DNA from: Gloeobacterales cyanobacterium
GTDB taxonomy: Bacteria; Cyanobacteriota; Cyanobacteriia; Gloeobacterales; PMM-0068
DNA length: 64,000 bases
Direction of reading: 5' to 3'
NCBI GenBank assembly: GCA_038245785.1
Contig: JBBRSB010000008.1
Span: forward strand, 1 to 64,000
The notes beneath the pieces were generated by a model that saw only the letters and a list, made by a program, of their open reading frames with translations, was not told the origin of the DNA and searched no databases. Position numbers and translations under genes: made by a program. Below, piece by piece: positions 28,483 to 39,446 of the stretch. Within the stretch, counting starts at the first letter, position 1; each line of letters opens with the position of its first letter.

Positions 28483-29937
28483 TCAATGGGCAAACACTTG
28501 AGGCGTGAAGGTCCCGTGCAATCCATAGGGGACATGGTGTTTAAGCTTCAGACAGGCTATGGGGCCTTGGTCTAAGTAACGGGCATCTAGAATCACCACT
28601 TCCGTACGGTGCTCCTCACTGCGGTAGACAAAAGCAACCAACCAGCCATCATCCTCCTGCGTGGAGCCTGGCCGTGGAACAAATACAGGCTCACCGACAA
28701 ATCCATCGGGAGCAAAGCTATAGACCTGTTGCACTTCTTTCTGGAAATCCATTTTGAGAATCGCCTGTAGCGGAGCATTTCCTTGGGTCGCGTCAATAGC
28801 GGCGACATAGGCATAACGATGAGGACGGCCTACCACGGAGGGATTCACCTGAGCAAACTCAGAGGAACGTTCTACTAAAATCCGAGAGGACAAACGACGA
28901 GCCTTGGGATCAATCTCAAAGCGCCAGATTTTCCCGGTGGGTAAGACGCTGAAATCTGTTTCGCGAAAATCTTTGCCTTCTTGGGTACTGAGATACTCTT
29001 CGTAGCGAATGCTATCAACAATCACTTTGCCCTGCTGTTCAAACGCATTGACATGATGGAAGACAAAGAAGGGGTCTGCTTCAATGGTAATTATTTCTCC
29101 ACCGGACCGAGGAATCAGCAAAATACGGGTAGGCTGTTTGTCCGCAAATTTGAGGCACTCTCCTGCTGCTTTCAGGCCCAAGACAAAGGGCAGAGGGTCC
29201 AAAGTCATAGGATTCTGGAAAAGAATCCAGTAGTTTTCGGTATAAACAAAGTCATGGACAAAGGCAAAACCGGGGAAGGTATGGGTGCCATCGACCACAA
29301 CCTGGCCATCTGGTTGGACGCGATAGAAACGTACGGTGGTTTGTAGTCCAGCCCGTACGCCAAAATTCATTAACTCGCCCGTCACTGGATCTAGTTTCGG
29401 ATGGGCAGAGAAAGGTAATCCCTTCGCCAGGATTCCTCCCAGCTCGTCTAAGCCCAGGGTATCGAGCGTATCGGGTGTGAGCTGGTAGGGAGGAGCCGCT
29501 TCCCATAAAGCCCAAAGTTTACCTCCGTGGTAAATCACATTGGTGTTGGCTACATTTTTAAAGTTGAAGTCAAAAGCGTTATTCCAGAAACCACCAGGTT
29601 TGAGGGTGGCAAAAACGTTTTTATAGAGAATGCGGTCTTCTTTCGCTTCCTGTACATATTCTTCAGTGCGGACAAATCGGTTCTTGAAATGGGCTTTCCC
29701 TTGGTCAAAGCTCAGAGCACAGATCATGCCATCGCCATCGAACGGATGCTGATAAAAAACGCCCCCTCGGTCAAAACGGCCGGGGCCATTGCGAAATAAG
29801 GTACCGCGCAGCTCAAGCGGGATGGTACCTTCCACTTCGTCAATCGTGTAGTTATGCTCTTCCGCCAGGGTGCTATAGCCCCTACCCCAATTCATCGTGC
29901 GGTAAGAGCGTTCCTGAGTTTTCGAGGTAGCCTTCAT
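28483..29937 (-). CDS. Carotenoid cleavage oxygenase (ACO/RPE65 family)
   Basis: GTLFRNGP, HPFDGDG, AHPK, HDF, FHHVNA, EPVFVP, EDDGWL, HVPYGLHG. Confidence 0.95.
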   Translation of the reverse strand: MKATSKTQERSYRTMNWGRGYSTLAEEHNYTIDEVEGTIPLELRGTLFRNGPGRFDRGGVFYQHPFDGDGMICALSFDQGKAHFKNRFVRTEEYVQEAKEDRILYKNVFATLKPGGFWNNAFDFNFKNVANTNVIYHGGKLWALWEAAPPYQLTPDTLDTLGLDELGGILAKGLPFSAHPKLDPVTGELMNFGVRAGLQTTVRFYRVQPDGQVVVDGTHTFPGFAFVHDFVYTENYWILFQNPMTLDPLPFVLGLKAAGECLKFADKQPTRILLIPRSGGEIITIEADPFFVFHHVNAFEQQGKVIVDSIRYEEYLSTQEGKDFRETDFSVLPTGKIWRFEIDPKARRLSSRILVERSSEFAQVNPSVVGRPHRYAYVAAIDATQGNAPLQAILKMDFQKEVQQVYSFAPDGFVGEPVFVPRPGSTQEDDGWLVAFVYRSEEHRTEVVILDARYLDQGPIACLKLKHHVPYGLHGTFTPQVFAH

Positions 29938-30068
29938 GGGTTATCTGTTACGAAATATTGCAGATCTTAACAGATGGACCACACAGCAGAAGAAGCATTG
30001 CATGGCTATCATCCCCGCAAAGGCGGGAACTTATCTCTATCCACCCTGCCGCTGAGCGCTGAGTGAGC

Positions 30069-30932
30069 TTAAGTAGCAACTTTTTGTAGTAACACTGGAC
30101 AGGAGGCATGAACGCGAACGTAGTCAGAAACCGAAGAGCCCAATAAGCGGTCTAGGTCTGGCAAGTTCTTGGCAATCGTGGGCCTGCGGTCTTCGCAGCC
30201 GAGAACGAGCAAGTCCGCATTGTTTTCTTGGGCAATACGGCATATCTCCACCCCTGGATTCCCGGCAGTATAAAAGGGCTTGTAGGCCACGCCTTGTTGA
30301 CGAGCAAACTCGGCAGCTGTAGCAAGAATGAGGCTTTCTTCCTCAGGATTGACAATTTTGTCTATTTCCTTAGAACCTAGGGGTCTACTGCGTACGCGGA
30401 TGAGGAACAGTTGTCCTCCAGGGATCTGTTTGACCAGATCAGTTGCAGTTTTGAGGGCTATTTTAGAAGCCATGGTGTCACTGACAGCTATGGCAATCCG
30501 ATTCAGGCGATTGACATATAGCCCCTCGCGCAAGAGCATCATCGGGCAAGAAGCTCGCTGAAAGACATATTGACTGACAGAGTTTTTGAGGATAGCAACT
30601 ACGTTATTCAATCCTCTAGAACCCATGAGCAGCAGTGAAGCATTGATCTCTTCCGCCACAGAGGACACGATATCTTTTGGATCTCCAGTCCTGAGGACTG
30701 TCTTGTAGTCATATTCAGGGCCCAAGGCCAACAGCTCTGTCGTTTTTTCAAGAATTTGCCTGCCTCGAACAAGAGATGCTGCTTGTTTTTCTCCCGAAAG
30801 AGCATTTCTAGCCACATGGAGCGCTGTAATGCGCGCACCACGGCTACTGGGTAAATTCAAGAGAACTTTTAGCATTTGAGCAGAAGCTTGAGAATCTTCT
30901 ACAGCCAACAAAATGTTTTTGAGCAAGGTCAT
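30069..30932 (-). CDS. Universal stress protein (two Usp domains)
   Basis: ILLAVEDS, GDPKD, LLLMGSRG, SVSQYV, LLGSSVSDYVRVHASCPVLL. Confidence 0.92.
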   Translation of the reverse strand: MTLLKNILLAVEDSQASAQMLKVLLNLPSSRGARITALHVARNALSGEKQAASLVRGRQILEKTTELLALGPEYDYKTVLRTGDPKDIVSSVAEEINASLLLMGSRGLNNVVAILKNSVSQYVFQRASCPMMLLREGLYVNRLNRIAIAVSDTMASKIALKTATDLVKQIPGGQLFLIRVRSRPLGSKEIDKIVNPEEESLILATAAEFARQQGVAYKPFYTAGNPGVEICRIAQENNADLLVLGCEDRRPTIAKNLPDLDRLLGSSVSDYVRVHASCPVLLQKVAT

Positions 30933-31088
30933 AGGTATGTATCAGTTTTCCTGATAAGTAGTGTAGCAGTGGTTTTACTTAGCCTCATCCAATCCAGTAA
31001 TTGCGTCTTCTCTTATCAAATGAATTGTGTCGAGTAGACTAATTAAACTATAATGAACCTATGTGAATTGTGAATAAGGAGTTCTGCC

Positions 31089-32210
31089 ATGACAGGTGGT
31101 CTCAGGTTTGGTTCTCTCTTTAAGATCCCTCTTTATGTGGATTTCACATGGTTTTTGGTATTTTTCTTAATTACCTCTAGCTATGGCAGCACGCTAAGTA
31201 CTCAGTTTCCTCAGTGGGGCCCAGCTTTAGCTTGGGGCACGGGCATGATACTCAGCCTGTCCGTTTTTGCTTCTGTATTGCTTCATGAACTAGGCCATAG
31301 CATTGCCGCCCAAATCCAGGGAATCAAGGTCAAGTCTATTCACCTGTTCCTCTTGGGTGGTCTAGCCCAAATCGAAGAGGAGTCTAAAACCCCTTGGGGT
31401 GCCTTTTGGGTGGCTATTGCCGGCCCTCTAGTTAGCTTAGGCATTTTCCTGGCTATGGCAGCTCTACCTGTAGAGGCAAAATCTCCCTTCGGCGTCATTG
31501 TTAGTGGACTGGCCGTCACCAACTTCTTCTTGTGCGTGTTTAACTTATTGCCTGGACTTCCTTTAGACGGTGGCAACATCGTCAAAGCGATTATTTGGGG
31601 CATAACGGGCGACCAATATAAGGGGATTCAGGGTGCTGCTTTGGGCGGTCGCTTTATTGGCTGGGGCTTGATCGGTCTGGCCCTGTTCCCTGCTCTGCTG
31701 AGAGGGGATTTTAGCAACATCTGGTTTGCTGTTGTCGGTTGGTTTGTGTTGAGTACGGCCGGTCGCTATGAACTCTACGCCAAGACAGAAAGCCGTGTGC
31801 AGAGTTTAGTCGTTGAGAGTTCCATGGCCGTTCCTATTCGTGCCGTCCCCCAAACATTCTCTGTAGATCAGTTCGTCAAGAACTATCTAATCTCGATGCA
31901 CGACCAGCCCTATCCTGTAGTTAATGAAGCCAATACGGTAATCGGTACGATTGGTCCGAATGAAATTCAGGCTCTAGATGAAACGATGTGGCCCAATGTC
32001 TCTGTTTCCGAGGTCATGTATCGCCTGGAAGGGCAAGATACAATCTCTCCTGGGCAATCTTTGGAAGAAGCCCTAAAGCGCATCAGAGCAAGGGGTTCGC
32101 AGTTCTTGGTGATGGTTCGTCCCAATGGAGAATTTATGGGATTTGTGACTGAAGAGCAGATGCAATCTCATCTGGTTAGACAGTTACAATTTTCTGGAGC
32201 CAAAGGCTAG
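31089..32210 (+). CDS. Site-2 protease (M50) with C-terminal CBS domains
   Basis: HELGH, AIAGPLVS, FNLLPGLPLDGG. Confidence 0.94.
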   Translation: MTGGLRFGSLFKIPLYVDFTWFLVFFLITSSYGSTLSTQFPQWGPALAWGTGMILSLSVFASVLLHELGHSIAAQIQGIKVKSIHLFLLGGLAQIEEESKTPWGAFWVAIAGPLVSLGIFLAMAALPVEAKSPFGVIVSGLAVTNFFLCVFNLLPGLPLDGGNIVKAIIWGITGDQYKGIQGAALGGRFIGWGLIGLALFPALLRGDFSNIWFAVVGWFVLSTAGRYELYAKTESRVQSLVVESSMAVPIRAVPQTFSVDQFVKNYLISMHDQPYPVVNEANTVIGTIGPNEIQALDETMWPNVSVSEVMYRLEGQDTISPGQSLEEALKRIRARGSQFLVMVRPNGEFMGFVTEEQMQSHLVRQLQFSGAKG

Positions 32211-32240
32211 AATCAAGCTCCAATAAAGCACTAAGTAAGC

Positions 32241-32277
32241 AAAGCGGGGGTTGCAGATAAAACTACCCCCGCTTTTT
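32241..32277 (+). terminator. Rho-independent terminator
   Basis: AAAGCGGGGGT...ACCCCCGCTTT stem with T run, downstream of the protease stop. Confidence 0.75.
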
Positions 32278-32385
32278 GCTGAGGATGCGTACTTCTACGG
32301 GCAACACCAATGCTGGAAGCGATGGCCGCTATTATTCTTATGGACCATACGCACTGTTAGCAATCCCTTTCTCCTCGATGGCTCT

Positions 32386-33267
32386 ATGCAAAAACGATTG
32401 ATTCGGCAAGTGAATGCATTTACAAAAACGCCCTTTTCTGGAAATCCGGCGGGTGTTGTTCCCGAAGCCGATGGCCTGACCGATGCTCAGATGCAGCACA
32501 TTGCACGAGAGATGAACTGTTCTGAAACGGCTTTTGTTTTAACGCCGAAGAACCCCGAAGCTGACCTAAAAATTCGCTGGTTTACGCCAGCGACTGAAGT
32601 TGCCCTCTGCGGTCATGCAACGATAGCCACCTTCCATGTGCTCTCTGAAGAAGAACACTATCGTCTCGGTCCTGGAGCTTCCCAGATTCTTTATTTGGAA
32701 ACGGAACAGGTTGGCATCTTGCCAATCACCGTGGATGCTCGTGGACCACGTCCCCAAATCTGGATGACCTTACCTACGCCTAAATTCGTGGAATTAACAG
32801 AGCAACAAGTGCAGGCTTTATTGCCGACTCTGGGACTAGAGCGATCAGATTTGTTAGCGATTCCAGTGGTTGTAGATCAAGACCAGGATGTACTTTTAGG
32901 GGTGAAAAACTTGAAGTTACTTCATCAACTGAAGCCGCAGATGTCAGAATTAAAAGCTTATAGCTTGGCCCAAAATTTTCGGGGAATCGATGTATTTACG
33001 ATGCAGACTTTAGACCCTGGAAATGACGCCCATGCTCGATTTTTTGGTCCAGCCGTTGGCATTGAAGAAGATCCGGTAACTGGTTCGGTGAGTGGACCTT
33101 TAGCTTATTGGTTACAGGAGCAGGGATTAGTTAAAAAATACATGGTGGCTCTAGAACAAGGAGATATTCTCCATCGTTCAGGCCGCGTCATCGTAGATCT
33201 TTCTGTTGCTCAGCCCCGCATTGGGGGAGAAGCCGTTACGGTTATGAGGGGAGAGTTAGTTTTTTAA
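32386..33267 (+). CDS. PhzF-family isomerase
   Basis: QVNAFT..PFSGNPAGVV, SETAF, EVALCGHAT, EDPVTGS. Start reassigned to ATG 32386. Confidence 0.93.
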   Translation: MQKRLIRQVNAFTKTPFSGNPAGVVPEADGLTDAQMQHIAREMNCSETAFVLTPKNPEADLKIRWFTPATEVALCGHATIATFHVLSEEEHYRLGPGASQILYLETEQVGILPITVDARGPRPQIWMTLPTPKFVELTEQQVQALLPTLGLERSDLLAIPVVVDQDQDVLLGVKNLKLLHQLKPQMSELKAYSLAQNFRGIDVFTMQTLDPGNDAHARFFGPAVGIEEDPVTGSVSGPLAYWLQEQGLVKKYMVALEQGDILHRSGRVIVDLSVAQPRIGGEAVTVMRGELVF

Positions 33268-33315
33268 CTTATCCCATCATCAGTAGTTCGGTTTTGCGAC
33301 AGTATGTTGGGTGTA

Positions 33316-33741
33316 TCAGGCAAACCAAAAGCTGTAATAGCTATAGCACAAGATAGCAAACCAAAATGAGCTTCCCAACCAATACGAGGTGGTGTCATGC
33401 TTACCTCTCCCTTCTTCTAAGGCTAGCCCTTCGCTATATTCTTCAATAGTCATGGTCATACTTCTAGAGTGTAAGTTTTTGCGCCGCTCATGCACTTCAA
33501 CTCGATACGGTTCATGCTGATTAAAGACCATCCACAGAAATATTATGAGCGCAACCGTTCTTAAGGAATGATTGGGAATTGCTAATGTCCCTATAGCCAG
33601 TCCAGCAAGCTCTAACGCTCTTTCATCATTGTGGGAGAGAGATAATAGATTAAAAGCCGTCTGAGGTAGATGTAGCCTATGGTTGAGCCCCAAAAATGAT
33701 ACCAGCAGCGCAATAATCTCGCTGCACGCCAACCGTATCAA
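33316..33741 (-). CDS. Hypothetical membrane protein
   Basis: Hydrophobic ORF with TTG start; no motif recognised. Confidence 0.4.
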   Translation of the reverse strand: MIRLACSEIIALLVSFLGLNHRLHLPQTAFNLLSLSHNDERALELAGLAIGTLAIPNHSLRTVALIIFLWMVFNQHEPYRVEVHERRKNLHSRSMTMTIEEYSEGLALEEGRGKHDTTSYWLGSSFWFAILCYSYYSFWFA

Positions 33742-33946
33742 GGTAGTCAGTAAGCCAAAGAGCCTTTTGGCAGTGGGTATGCTGGGGCGATAGCTTCAAA
33801 AGTCAATCATAGCTGAGTGCTAGATGCTTAACTGTCGTGACTATCTAACATCAAAATCTGGGTTTCAGCTATGAAGAAGTAACTTCACTCCCTTTACCCC
33901 TGGTAGAAACAGCTGCATATTAGAGATAGCTTAGAGGATTTAAGCA

Positions 33947-34213
33947 ATGTCGATCGCCCTGACACCTACTCAAGAACAGTTGCTCGATCGCCTTATTCGC
34001 ACAGGTCGCTACAGCAGTGCTGCAGAGGTGCTGAGTGCCGCATTACAACTGCTTGAAGAACAAGAGCAGCACTATGAGCAATGGCTGGAGGAGACACGGC
34101 AAAAAGTCCAGGTTGGAATTGATGAGTTGGATCGCGGCGAAGGCTTGGATGGCGAAGTTGTGATCCAGCGATTGCGCGAGAAATTGCGGAATGCCCGTGC
34201 ATCAGATTTATGA
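33947..34213 (+). CDS. parD: ParD-family (CC2985-like) antitoxin
   Basis: MSIALT, GRYSSAAEVLSAALQLL, GIDELDRGE; ATGA overlap with the toxin. Confidence 0.9.
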   Translation: MSIALTPTQEQLLDRLIRTGRYSSAAEVLSAALQLLEEQEQHYEQWLEETRQKVQVGIDELDRGEGLDGEVVIQRLREKLRNARASDL

Positions 34214-34521
34214 ACCGCTACATTATTTCGCCAATCGCCAGCCGAGATCTAGAAGAAATCATCGACTACTTTACAAAACAGGATATCGATGCTGGAGAAC
34301 GCTTCGTTGCGGAGTTCAACAAAAAATGTCGTAATCTGATGCAGTTCCCGAACCTGGGACGAAGTTATGCTGATCTTGCACCTTTGCTTAGAGGCATTTC
34401 TCTGGAAAAATACATCATCTTTATCTTTTACAAACCTGCTAACGATAGAATTGAAATCGTTCGGGTAGTAAGTGGTTATCGAGATTTGCCTGCATTGTTT
34501 TCGCTACCGGATGCCCCATGA
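34210..34521 (+). CDS. parE: ParE/RelE-family toxin
   Basis: ISPIASRDLEEI, FPNLGR, IEIVRVVSGYRD. Confidence 0.9.
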   Translation: MNRYIISPIASRDLEEIIDYFTKQDIDAGERFVAEFNKKCRNLMQFPNLGRSYADLAPLLRGISLEKYIIFIFYKPANDRIEIVRVVSGYRDLPALFSLPDAP

Positions 34522-34646
34522 TGGTATTTGTTGCAGCTTATAAATCCAGCGGATAGGAGAGTAAAAGGGATTTAGGCTTCCTGAGCGTCAGCCGAACGGG
34601 GGTGCAGCCTTCCCGAAGGATGGGGGATCTCGAATTGCAAGAGAAC

Positions 34647-35708
34647 TCAACAAATACGCGGTAATTGTTCACCGCTTAACATATCAACGATGCGTCGGGT
34701 GCCGATTCTACTGCGCATGGTCACAAGCGGTTGAGCGCCGACCTTCGTTTCCACGCGGCCAATTAGGCAAGCCTCCCTACCCAAAGGATGGGAACGAAGA
34801 ATCGCCAAGGCTCGTTCCGCCTCAGCCTCTGGAACGAAAGCAACGAACCTTCCCTCATTGGCGACATAGAGAGGATCTAAGCCCAGAATCTCACAGGCCC
34901 CTTGGACATCTTCACGCACAGGAATAAGGTTTTCAGCGATGGTAATTGTGATACCAGCGGCCTCGGCAATTTCATTTAAAGCACTGGATAAACCGCCACG
35001 GGTCAAGTCTCGCATACAGTGAATTTCAATCCGGGCAGCGAGTAGTTCTAATACCAGACTGGCAAGCGGTGCTGAATCACTTTCAATCGTGCTCTCAAAG
35101 GCCAATCCCTCTCTAACCGCCATAATGGCGATGCCGTGACGCCCAATATCTCCATTCAGCAGCAGAACATCCCCTGGCTGGACACTCCGAGGTTCTATCC
35201 GTTGAGTATGTTCGACGATGCCAATGCCAGCAGTGTTGATAAAAATGCCATCTCCTTTGCCCCTATCCACCACCTTGGTATCGCCCGTAATAATCTGCAC
35301 GTTGGCTTTCTGGGCAGCGTGCTGCATTGATTGCACTACCCGCCAAAGGGTCTCCATCGGCAGCCCTTCTTCCACGATGAATCCAGCACTGAGATAAAGC
35401 GGACGCGCTCCGCTCATCGCTAAATCATTAACCGTGCCGTTCACTGCGAGCGAACCAATATCACCGCCTGGGAAAAAGAGCGGTTGAACGACATAGGAAT
35501 CGGTTGTAAAAGCAAATCGTCCACCCTGGAGGTTGAGCGTAGCGGAGTCATGGCGGGCCGAAAGCATCGGATTGCCAAACGTTGGCACAAACATTTCTTC
35601 AATCAACTGATGCATCAACTTCCCACCCCCCCCATGAGCCATCAAAATCTGGGGATAGCGCTCAATCGGGATAGGACAAGACAAGGAAAAGTCTTCGTTT
35701 TTTTCCAT
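34647..35708 (-). CDS. hypE: Hydrogenase maturation carbamoyl dehydratase
   Basis: [36 protein letters not shown]-terminal LPRIC. Confidence 0.97.
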   Translation of the reverse strand: MEKNEDFSLSCPIPIERYPQILMAHGGGGKLMHQLIEEMFVPTFGNPMLSARHDSATLNLQGGRFAFTTDSYVVQPLFFPGGDIGSLAVNGTVNDLAMSGARPLYLSAGFIVEEGLPMETLWRVVQSMQHAAQKANVQIITGDTKVVDRGKGDGIFINTAGIGIVEHTQRIEPRSVQPGDVLLLNGDIGRHGIAIMAVREGLAFESTIESDSAPLASLVLELLAARIEIHCMRDLTRGGLSSALNEIAEAAGITITIAENLIPVREDVQGACEILGLDPLYVANEGRFVAFVPEAEAERALAILRSHPLGREACLIGRVETKVGAQPLVTMRSRIGTRRIVDMLSGEQLPRIC

Positions 35709-36202
35709 TACTGGTCATCGAGCTGCTTGGGCGTCATCAACCAAGCAAGTTTTCCGGTATTGTCCTGGATCTCCTCCCAGTGGTCAACCTGAAACTCTAT
35801 ACATGCCACCGCAGCCGTAGGCATTTGTCTATAGGCTCCAGTCAATTGCTCGACCAATTCTTCAAAGCCTGGATTGTGTCCTACCAGCAGCACACAGGAA
35901 CTCCTGTCAGGGATCAGTCGCATGAGGGCGAGCAATTGATCCGAAGACGCACCGTAGAGGCTTTCGTCAAATTGAGGACTAAGGTCCAGTTGAGCCACTT
36001 GGATAACCGCTTCAATCGTCTCTTTGGCCCGAACCGCCGGTGAAGCAATGATTAGATCCGGCAGAAGCTTACGTTTTTTAAGCTCTTTTCCGATGCGTGG
36101 AGCGTCTTTTCTACCACGCGGTGCCAGAGGACGGTCAAAATCGAGCAATCCAAGATCATCCCGGCTCGATTTTGCATGGCGCAGAAGCAAGAGAGTTTTC
36201 AT
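35708..36202 (-). CDS. sixA: SixA-like phosphohistidine phosphatase
   Basis: LLRHAKS, DFDRPL, SPAVRA, VGHNP. Confidence 0.9.
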   Translation of the reverse strand: MKTLLLLRHAKSSRDDLGLLDFDRPLAPRGRKDAPRIGKELKKRKLLPDLIIASPAVRAKETIEAVIQVAQLDLSPQFDESLYGASSDQLLALMRLIPDRSSCVLLVGHNPGFEELVEQLTGAYRQMPTAAVACIEFQVDHWEEIQDNTGKLAWLMTPKQLDDQ

Positions 36203-36238
36203 GGGTACCCCTTAGAATTCAGTTAGTTACTGATAGCG

Positions 36239-36487
36239 TTATGACTCAAGTTCAGGAGGCTCTGCGAGCAGATTCTTTTTCGAAAGCTTTAGCTCTTTCC
36301 ACAACTTACGGATTTCAGCATACGCATCCTCTGCCGAGAGCTTATCTCCTGTTTGTAAAGCACAGAGCAGGTCAACCTTATTGGCAAATTCCTGCAAGTT
36401 GGCATTGAACATGTACTGGGCGAGCGTGGGCTCTCCCTGATAGGAGGCGAGAGGATTAAAAAACTCATCTTTGATGTTCATAAACAT
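36239..36487 (-). CDS. Small conserved cyanobacterial protein
   Basis: FNANLQEFA...LQTGDKLSAEDAY..I..LWKELK.SK pattern; start likely ATG 36487 or 36481. Confidence 0.8.
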   Translation of the reverse strand: MFMNIKDEFFNPLASYQGEPTLAQYMFNANLQEFANKVDLLCALQTGDKLSAEDAYAEIRKLWKELKLSKKNLLAEPPELES

Positions 36488-36629
36488 AAAACTAGATGAA
36501 AGTGTCAGCCTCATCCTAGCTTTCTCCCGATAGCTTGACACATTTACATTCCTCAATCTGTTTGGTCGGGTAGTCACGACTTTGTCTATAGTGATAACCT
36601 TTCAGGCTTTAGCCTCAATGTTAAACCTG

Positions 36630-36661
36630 CTCACAAGTTCTTCAAATTGTTGTTCTACTAT
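36630..36661 (+). promoter_or_regulatory. Repeated promoter motif, copy 1 (CTCACAAGTTCTTCAA-N10-TACTAT)
   Basis: Same 16-mer and same spacing to a TAnnnT hexamer recur at 47230 and 62846. Confidence 0.6.
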
Positions 36662-37049
36662 AGGGCATGTAAAAAACAGGAAATACATCTTATAAAAATA
36701 TTACAATTTATCGATTCTTAACTTTTTGGATAATCTTCTCTTAACCTTTAACCTTTTCACTTAGGAATTCTATCTTCTCTACAGAGAAAAGTTTATTGTT
36801 ACAATTCATGCGCTTTCTAGCTATACAGCAATCGCTTAGGAAGTTACGATCTAAGCTACTGCTAAAGATAGATTGATTTCATATTTTTACATACTAGGAT
36901 GAGGGGCGGACTTTTAAGACAGGGCTAATCTTATAGCTAAACCTACGACAGAACTGCCCCCTAAAAAAGCACCACTTCCTCAGTCGGTTGGTCAACAATC
37001 ATCGACGGTTGTATTGACTGATTTTGAACAGATCTTTCGAGAGGCATTT

Positions 37050-38576
37050 ATGTCAACTCCTACCGTAGAAAACAAGCAAGAAAACCTCTGCGATTATTCC
37101 CAGATGGATCTCTCAGATCCCCAGATCCTGCTAAACACCCTACAACAGTTGCGCCAGTTAGTTGTTCAAGAGGGAGACGAAATTTTTGATCAGTGGCAAT
37201 CACACATCCAGCGACAAGCATTTCTCAAGAGCGGTCTGAATCTTTCCTACTATTTGGCATTGCGGCGACACGATTTGCGCCCGCTCCAAATGGCTTTAAC
37301 TCCTTGGGGATTATCTTCTCTAGGGCGACTCGAAGCCCGTGTCTTGCCCAATCTCGATGCCGTCATTGCCACGCTGCAATCCGTGTCTCAGACCGATGCG
37401 GATTCGAGAGTTAGCCGTCCTTCAATCGAGGCATTCTTTGAAGGAGATCATTTACTGGAGCAACATACAAAAGATCTGTTTGGCAAGCGCTTGAGCAATC
37501 GTCGGGTCAGAATCATGGTCACCTTGCCAACAGAGGCGGCGAGTGATTATGAGTTCGTGCGGAATCTGATCCAGAGAGGAACGGATTGTGCCCGCATTAA
37601 TTGCGCCCATGATTCGGTTGCCGAGTGGTCAGTCATGGTTGATCATATCCATCAGGCAGAAGCTGAAACGGGAATTTCCTGCAAAATTCTGATGGATCTC
37701 GGTGGACCGAAACCGCGCATCGGCATAGTAATTGCGCCAGATTCTAAACAACTCATCTTTCGGGGCGACTCGCTCCTACTTACCCGTGACCTGCCGACAA
37801 CCAATGACTCTGACAGTTTCCAGGCAAATTGCACATTGCCTGAAGTGCTGGATCAGCTTCAAGTCAACACTAGAGTTTGGATTGATGATGGTCATATTGG
37901 TGCGTATGTTGAGTCGATCAGCGATAGAGGGGTATTGCTACGCATCACCGATGCCGCTTTGAAAGGGAGTAAACTTCGCCCTGACAAAGGACTCAACTTC
38001 CCCGATACCCATCTCAAGCTCTGTCCGCTCACCGATAAAGATTACCAAGACCTCGATTTTGTCGCGACCCATGCCGATATTGTGGGCTACTCTTTTGTTC
38101 AAGAAGCTGCAGATATTGAACTATTGCAGCGGGAGTTATCGGCTCGATGTTCACAAGTCCCAGCAATCGTGGCCAAGATCGAAACTCTGCAAGCGGTGCG
38201 CCATCTTCCAGAATTGATTGTGCAAGCGGCGGGCCAGCAGCCCTTTGGCATCATGATTGCGCGAGGCGATCTGGCCGTGGAGATTGGCTACCAACGACTT
38301 GCCGAAATCCAGGAAGAGATTCTCTGGCTGTGTGAGGCGGCTCATGTACCCGTAATCTGGGCAACTCAAGTATTAGAAACGCTCGTAAAGAAGGGAATTC
38401 CTTCCCGCGCTGAAATGACGGATGCTGCCATGTCGGAACGGGCAGAGTGCGTCATGCTCAATAAGGGTCCGTTTGTTGCGGAAGCCATCACGATCTTAGA
38501 CGACGTTTTGACGCGCATGCAGGAGCATCAGATGAAGAAAACTCCTCAATTACGTGCGCTACATGCTTGGAGATAG
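37050..38576 (+). CDS. pyk: Pyruvate kinase, atypical architecture
   Basis: ARINCAH, DLGGPK, IDDG, KGLNFP, AKIET, MIARGDLAVE, ATQVLE, RAE..D, MLNKG. GAGG RBS before ATG 37050. Confidence 0.9.
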   Translation: MSTPTVENKQENLCDYSQMDLSDPQILLNTLQQLRQLVVQEGDEIFDQWQSHIQRQAFLKSGLNLSYYLALRRHDLRPLQMALTPWGLSSLGRLEARVLPNLDAVIATLQSVSQTDADSRVSRPSIEAFFEGDHLLEQHTKDLFGKRLSNRRVRIMVTLPTEAASDYEFVRNLIQRGTDCARINCAHDSVAEWSVMVDHIHQAEAETGISCKILMDLGGPKPRIGIVIAPDSKQLIFRGDSLLLTRDLPTTNDSDSFQANCTLPEVLDQLQVNTRVWIDDGHIGAYVESISDRGVLLRITDAALKGSKLRPDKGLNFPDTHLKLCPLTDKDYQDLDFVATHADIVGYSFVQEAADIELLQRELSARCSQVPAIVAKIETLQAVRHLPELIVQAAGQQPFGIMIARGDLAVEIGYQRLAEIQEEILWLCEAAHVPVIWATQVLETLVKKGIPSRAEMTDAAMSERAECVMLNKGPFVAEAITILDDVLTRMQEHQMKKTPQLRALHAWR

Positions 38577-38587
38577 ATCTTGGAACG

Positions 38588-38989
38588 CTATGGGAACAAG
38601 TCCAAACGGATCCAGAGTTGTCGCGCTACACGTTGAGTCCGACTGTTCATTTCTAAACAGATGGTTGTTACTCTTCCAATTGGTGTTGTACCTGCAAGCC
38701 AGCCGGATTCCGTATTTGTCTGAAAATAGTCACTTCATTCATCGGCTCTAGGGTTGAACAAACGGATTTCAGTTTGAGTTTCAGAATCATTCCCCGTGAG
38801 CTATGTGCCTTTGCGGAGGTTACAAGAGCGACAGGCGAGGGCTAGATTCGATTCAGCATCAGCCTCACCTCGGCTGATTGGGATAATATGCTCTACTTCA
38901 AAGGGAAAATTGAAGACCAGTTCAGGCGCATGGCAATATTCACAGTGATGAGCAGCACGATCGGCAATCCGAGTGTAAAGCGGATTCAT
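38588..38989 (-). pseudogene. HNH endonuclease pseudogene
   Basis: CEYC, EHIIP, NLALACRSCN. Protein-like sequence continues past TAG (38801-03) and TGA (38735-37): RLFNPRADE*SDYF...GTTPIGR...RQLWIRLDLFP. Confidence 0.85.
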
Positions 38990-39348
38990 GGATTCAGTTG
39001 TTGCACTAAGGCGGCGGATCGGGCTGTCGCGGCTTTCAATTCAGCTTCAACCAGGCTATCCAACTCTGTTTGTTGCTCTGAAGGCAGGGTTTCGCCTCGA
39101 TCTCGTGTGGCTCGCCAGAGGTCCATGAGTTCTGATAATCGCTTTTGCTGCACAGCACTAAAGAACCAGTCAGCACGGAAGCTTTGAATCACCATGAGCG
39201 TATCAAATTCATCACTGTCTAACTGAGCAGCTAGAGCGTCCAACGCTTCACCCGCAGTTTTGCCAAGCGATTTCTTATCTCCAGCAATCGCTTGATAAAT
39301 CCGTTCTCCATTTGCATCCGAAGTGGGTAAAATCGCAACCGTAGTCAT
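38986..39348 (-). CDS. Hypothetical protein, putative antitoxin-like partner of the HNH gene
   Basis: GKTAGEALDAL, QQKRLSELM, ELDSLVEAEL; ATGA overlap with the HNH gene. Confidence 0.75.
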   Translation of the reverse strand: MTTVAILPTSDANGERIYQAIAGDKKSLGKTAGEALDALAAQLDSDEFDTLMVIQSFRADWFFSAVQQKRLSELMDLWRATRDRGETLPSEQQTELDSLVEAELKAATARSAALVQQLNP

Positions 39349-39446
39349 AAGTTCATGTACGCCTTTTGCTTCGCCATTATTATAGTTGACTCAATCTTAC
39401 CAGACCCTGTGCAGACCTCCTCCTCGCCAGTGAAGTTCAGGTTCTT

